A stretch of 63,429 nt of DNA, the filler included, from Chiloscyllium plagiosum (lineage: Eukaryota): NCBI RefSeq assembly GCF_004010195.1. It is 4 parts of one record of this genome, joined end to end, with 100 filler letters (N's around TTAATTAATTAA, not from the genome) between each part and the next. Parts side by side here need not be neighbours in the genome. Positions count along the whole stretch, not along the records: positions 60,763 to 63,429 come from NC_057711.1; 3 more parts are not named here. The stretch is one strand, 5' to 3'. The notes below the pieces were generated by a model. That model made no database searches and was not told the origin of the DNA. It was given only the letters and a program-made list of their open reading frames with translations. Positions 61,311-63,429 of this stretch are shown here, in pieces. How positions within the stretch are numbered: the first letter of the stretch is position 1; each line of letters starts with the position of its first letter. The position numbers were made by a program, and so were the translations under genes.

Positions 61311-62094
61311 CGAAAAGAAAAGTTGACGTTACAGGTATATGCCACTCATTTCTGTAAATTGGAAAACACCAGAGAATGCAGCAGGACTGAAATAAATGAG
61401 GCTTACTGGTGAGCAATAACAATGAGGCCTAACTTGTGTGATGTTATTCCAACTGAACACGAGTTATGAGAAAACCTTTGCTCATAGCAGAAATGCTTGT
61501 GGAAAGAAAGGTAAATGTAAATAGCTTTTAACAAATTGTTTGGCTTGTCATTGTGAGCTGATTAATTTCATGAAAGAATACTCCAGTACTGACTGCTTTA
61601 GTTTTAGAAACAAGAGTCAATTACAGCTCAACAGTAATATGAATAAAATACTGTCACAATAAATAATTCTCACAATGACAAGTGCTCCACTTACATATGT
61701 AATACTTGTATTTTACCAATGAAACTGTCCAGTGATGTATCTTTCTTAAACTGGATATTGCAACAGATCTTTAGTGACTTACTGAGCAATATTACATCCT
61801 GGCAACAGGTGCAGAACTATCAAGGGGCTTAATTAAAAATTTCAGACTGTGAACAGAGAGATTTGTCTCCGACTAACGTAATCATCAATGAGAATTTTTG
61901 CATCTGCAAGGTTAAGCAAAAATGGCCGAAGCATGAATATTTTCCAGCCTCATCTGGTCACATAAGTCTCACCATTCAGTGGCAACAGTATGAAAAGCAA
62001 AAAATATAAAACTGTACAGATAGAAAATTAATATTTTATCCCCAAGATGGGAGTTTCCCAATGTATTGTGTGCAGAATTAAACTGCTGTTGAAC

Positions 62095-62495
62095 TTGCAT
62101 CAGTGTGATCCACATAGTACTTCTCACTGCTTTATCAGCTTGAATGCAAAAATCCAGGTTGATATTCTCGTGTATTTCTGAGGGATTGTTGCACTATTGG
62201 AGGTACTATCTTTTGAATGAGATATTAAAGCAAGGTCCATTTTACCCTCCCAGATGGAAATAAAAACATGGCATTATCTTGAAGGAGAGTCAGTGGTTAT
62301 CTTCAAGTCTGGCCAATATTTGTCCCTCATTCAACACCATGGATACAGAATCATCTGCTTATTATCTTGCAGGTATATATGGGAGTTTTTTGTGTGGTAA
62401 TTAACTGCAGTGCTTCCTATATTACAACAGTTGCTACCCTTCAAAAGTACTTAATTAGTTGAAAAGCACGATGGGTCATTGAACGGTCATGAAAA
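62095..62495 (+). mobile_element. Old Deu-domain SINE (SacSINE1/AmnSINE1-like)
   Basis: 'ctgagggattgttgcactattggaggt', 'tggccaatatttgtccctca', 'tcctatattacaacag...cttcaaaagtactt' match the Deu-SINE consensus as recalled; a tail remnant also at 12690-12800. Confidence 0.7.
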
Positions 62496-63136
62496 CAAAC
62501 CAGTGGGAGAGGCTACTCAAAGACAGAGGTCACCTGACACTACATTAGCCCCACACAAAATGATGCTCATACAGAAATATCGATGCAAAGTGTACATACC
62601 GGTCTCATTAATTCTGCAAAGTTAAATTGCAACTTAATAGGGGAAATAATTGATGCAAGACTTACTATCTTTACAATCATTACTTGTGAATTTCAAATCA
62701 GCTGTTGCTGGAGGTTTAGATCAGATGGACATGTTGCCAATTGTCAGCCATGAACACCACCCATTTTCAATATAAAACATTAAAGCATCAATAATAATAA
62801 AGCACATGCTATAAAACTACAATATAGCACTGGAAAGAATTAGTATATAAAACATTTAAAACATTACAGGTTCAGCCAGCCCTGTCATCAACAACAGCAG
62901 AATTTCAATGTAATAAAAGTTTTACCCAAAGAAATGATTTCTTCCCAATATTATTGACCAACAAAGCTAGACTCCCTGTGAATTTGCAGTTAGCTTTGGT
63001 CCCAGGGGATATGCACAGCAACCAACATGAAAAGAGCAACAGTGCAGTTCCTTTGTATTTTGTACAGATTTTCTATTTCAGAAACCTTCAACCTTAAAAC
63101 CAAAAATTTGCAAATTGCCAAGGAACAAATATCATG

Positions 63137-63429
63137 GAGGAGAAAGTGAGGGTTGCAGATGCTGGAGATCAGAGCTGAAAATGTGTTGCTGGAAAAGCGC
63201 AGCAGGACAGGCAGGATCCAAGGAGAAGGAGAATCAACGTTTTGGCATAAGCCCTTCTTCAGGAATGAGGGTGTGCCAAGCAGGCTAAGATGAAAGGTAG
63301 GGAGGAGGGACTTGGGGGAGGGGCGTTGGAAATACGATAGGTGGAGGGAGGTCAAGGTGAGGGTGGAGGGGTCTAAAAGAAGATTGCAGGTTAGGAAGGC
63401 GGTGCTGAGTTCGAGGGTTTTGACTGAGG
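63137..63429 (-). mobile_element. Penelope-like family A 3' pLTR
   Basis: Terminus 'aggagaaagtgagg...gcagatgctggagatcagagctgaaaatgtg'; reverse complement of 1-238. Confidence 0.88.

Noticed and set aside
61845..61910. Minus-strand terminal exon 'DAKILIDDYVSRRQISLFTV*' after cttaaccttgcag
   Set aside because: The acceptor is plausible, but there is no recognisable homology and no clear minus-strand poly(A) signal; unsupported without RNA data

Overview
Repeat-dense (roughly 80% transposon-derived by eye) vertebrate genomic DNA. It is almost certainly elasmobranch (shark), judged from HE1-type V-SINEs, HER1/CR1 LINEs and a Deu-domain SINE. There are two ~950-N gaps and three 100-bp N44-TTAATTAATTAA-N44 artificial linkers, so contiguity across 19935, 36507 and 60663 is not guaranteed. 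No complete protein-coding gene is supportable. Most ORF-track entries are decayed CR1, Penelope, Tx1 or Gypsy fragments or repeat artefacts. The only reasonable host-gene signal is a signal-peptide-like leader exon at 32389-32446 behind an E-box/Ets element. The most interesting biology is the Penelope-like (PLE) system: three sequence families carrying minimal hammerhead-ribozyme motifs (about 20 copies, many decayed). Many are inserted as short fold-back palindromes with 12-17 bp target-site duplications, and one has captured a 42-nt piece of 28S rRNA at its turn-around point. Other oddities are a compound double hairpin at 44350-44473 and a CR1 bracketed by a 91-bp inverted copy of its own flank. 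Family names come from my recall of consensus motifs, not database searches, and many TE boundaries are approximate.
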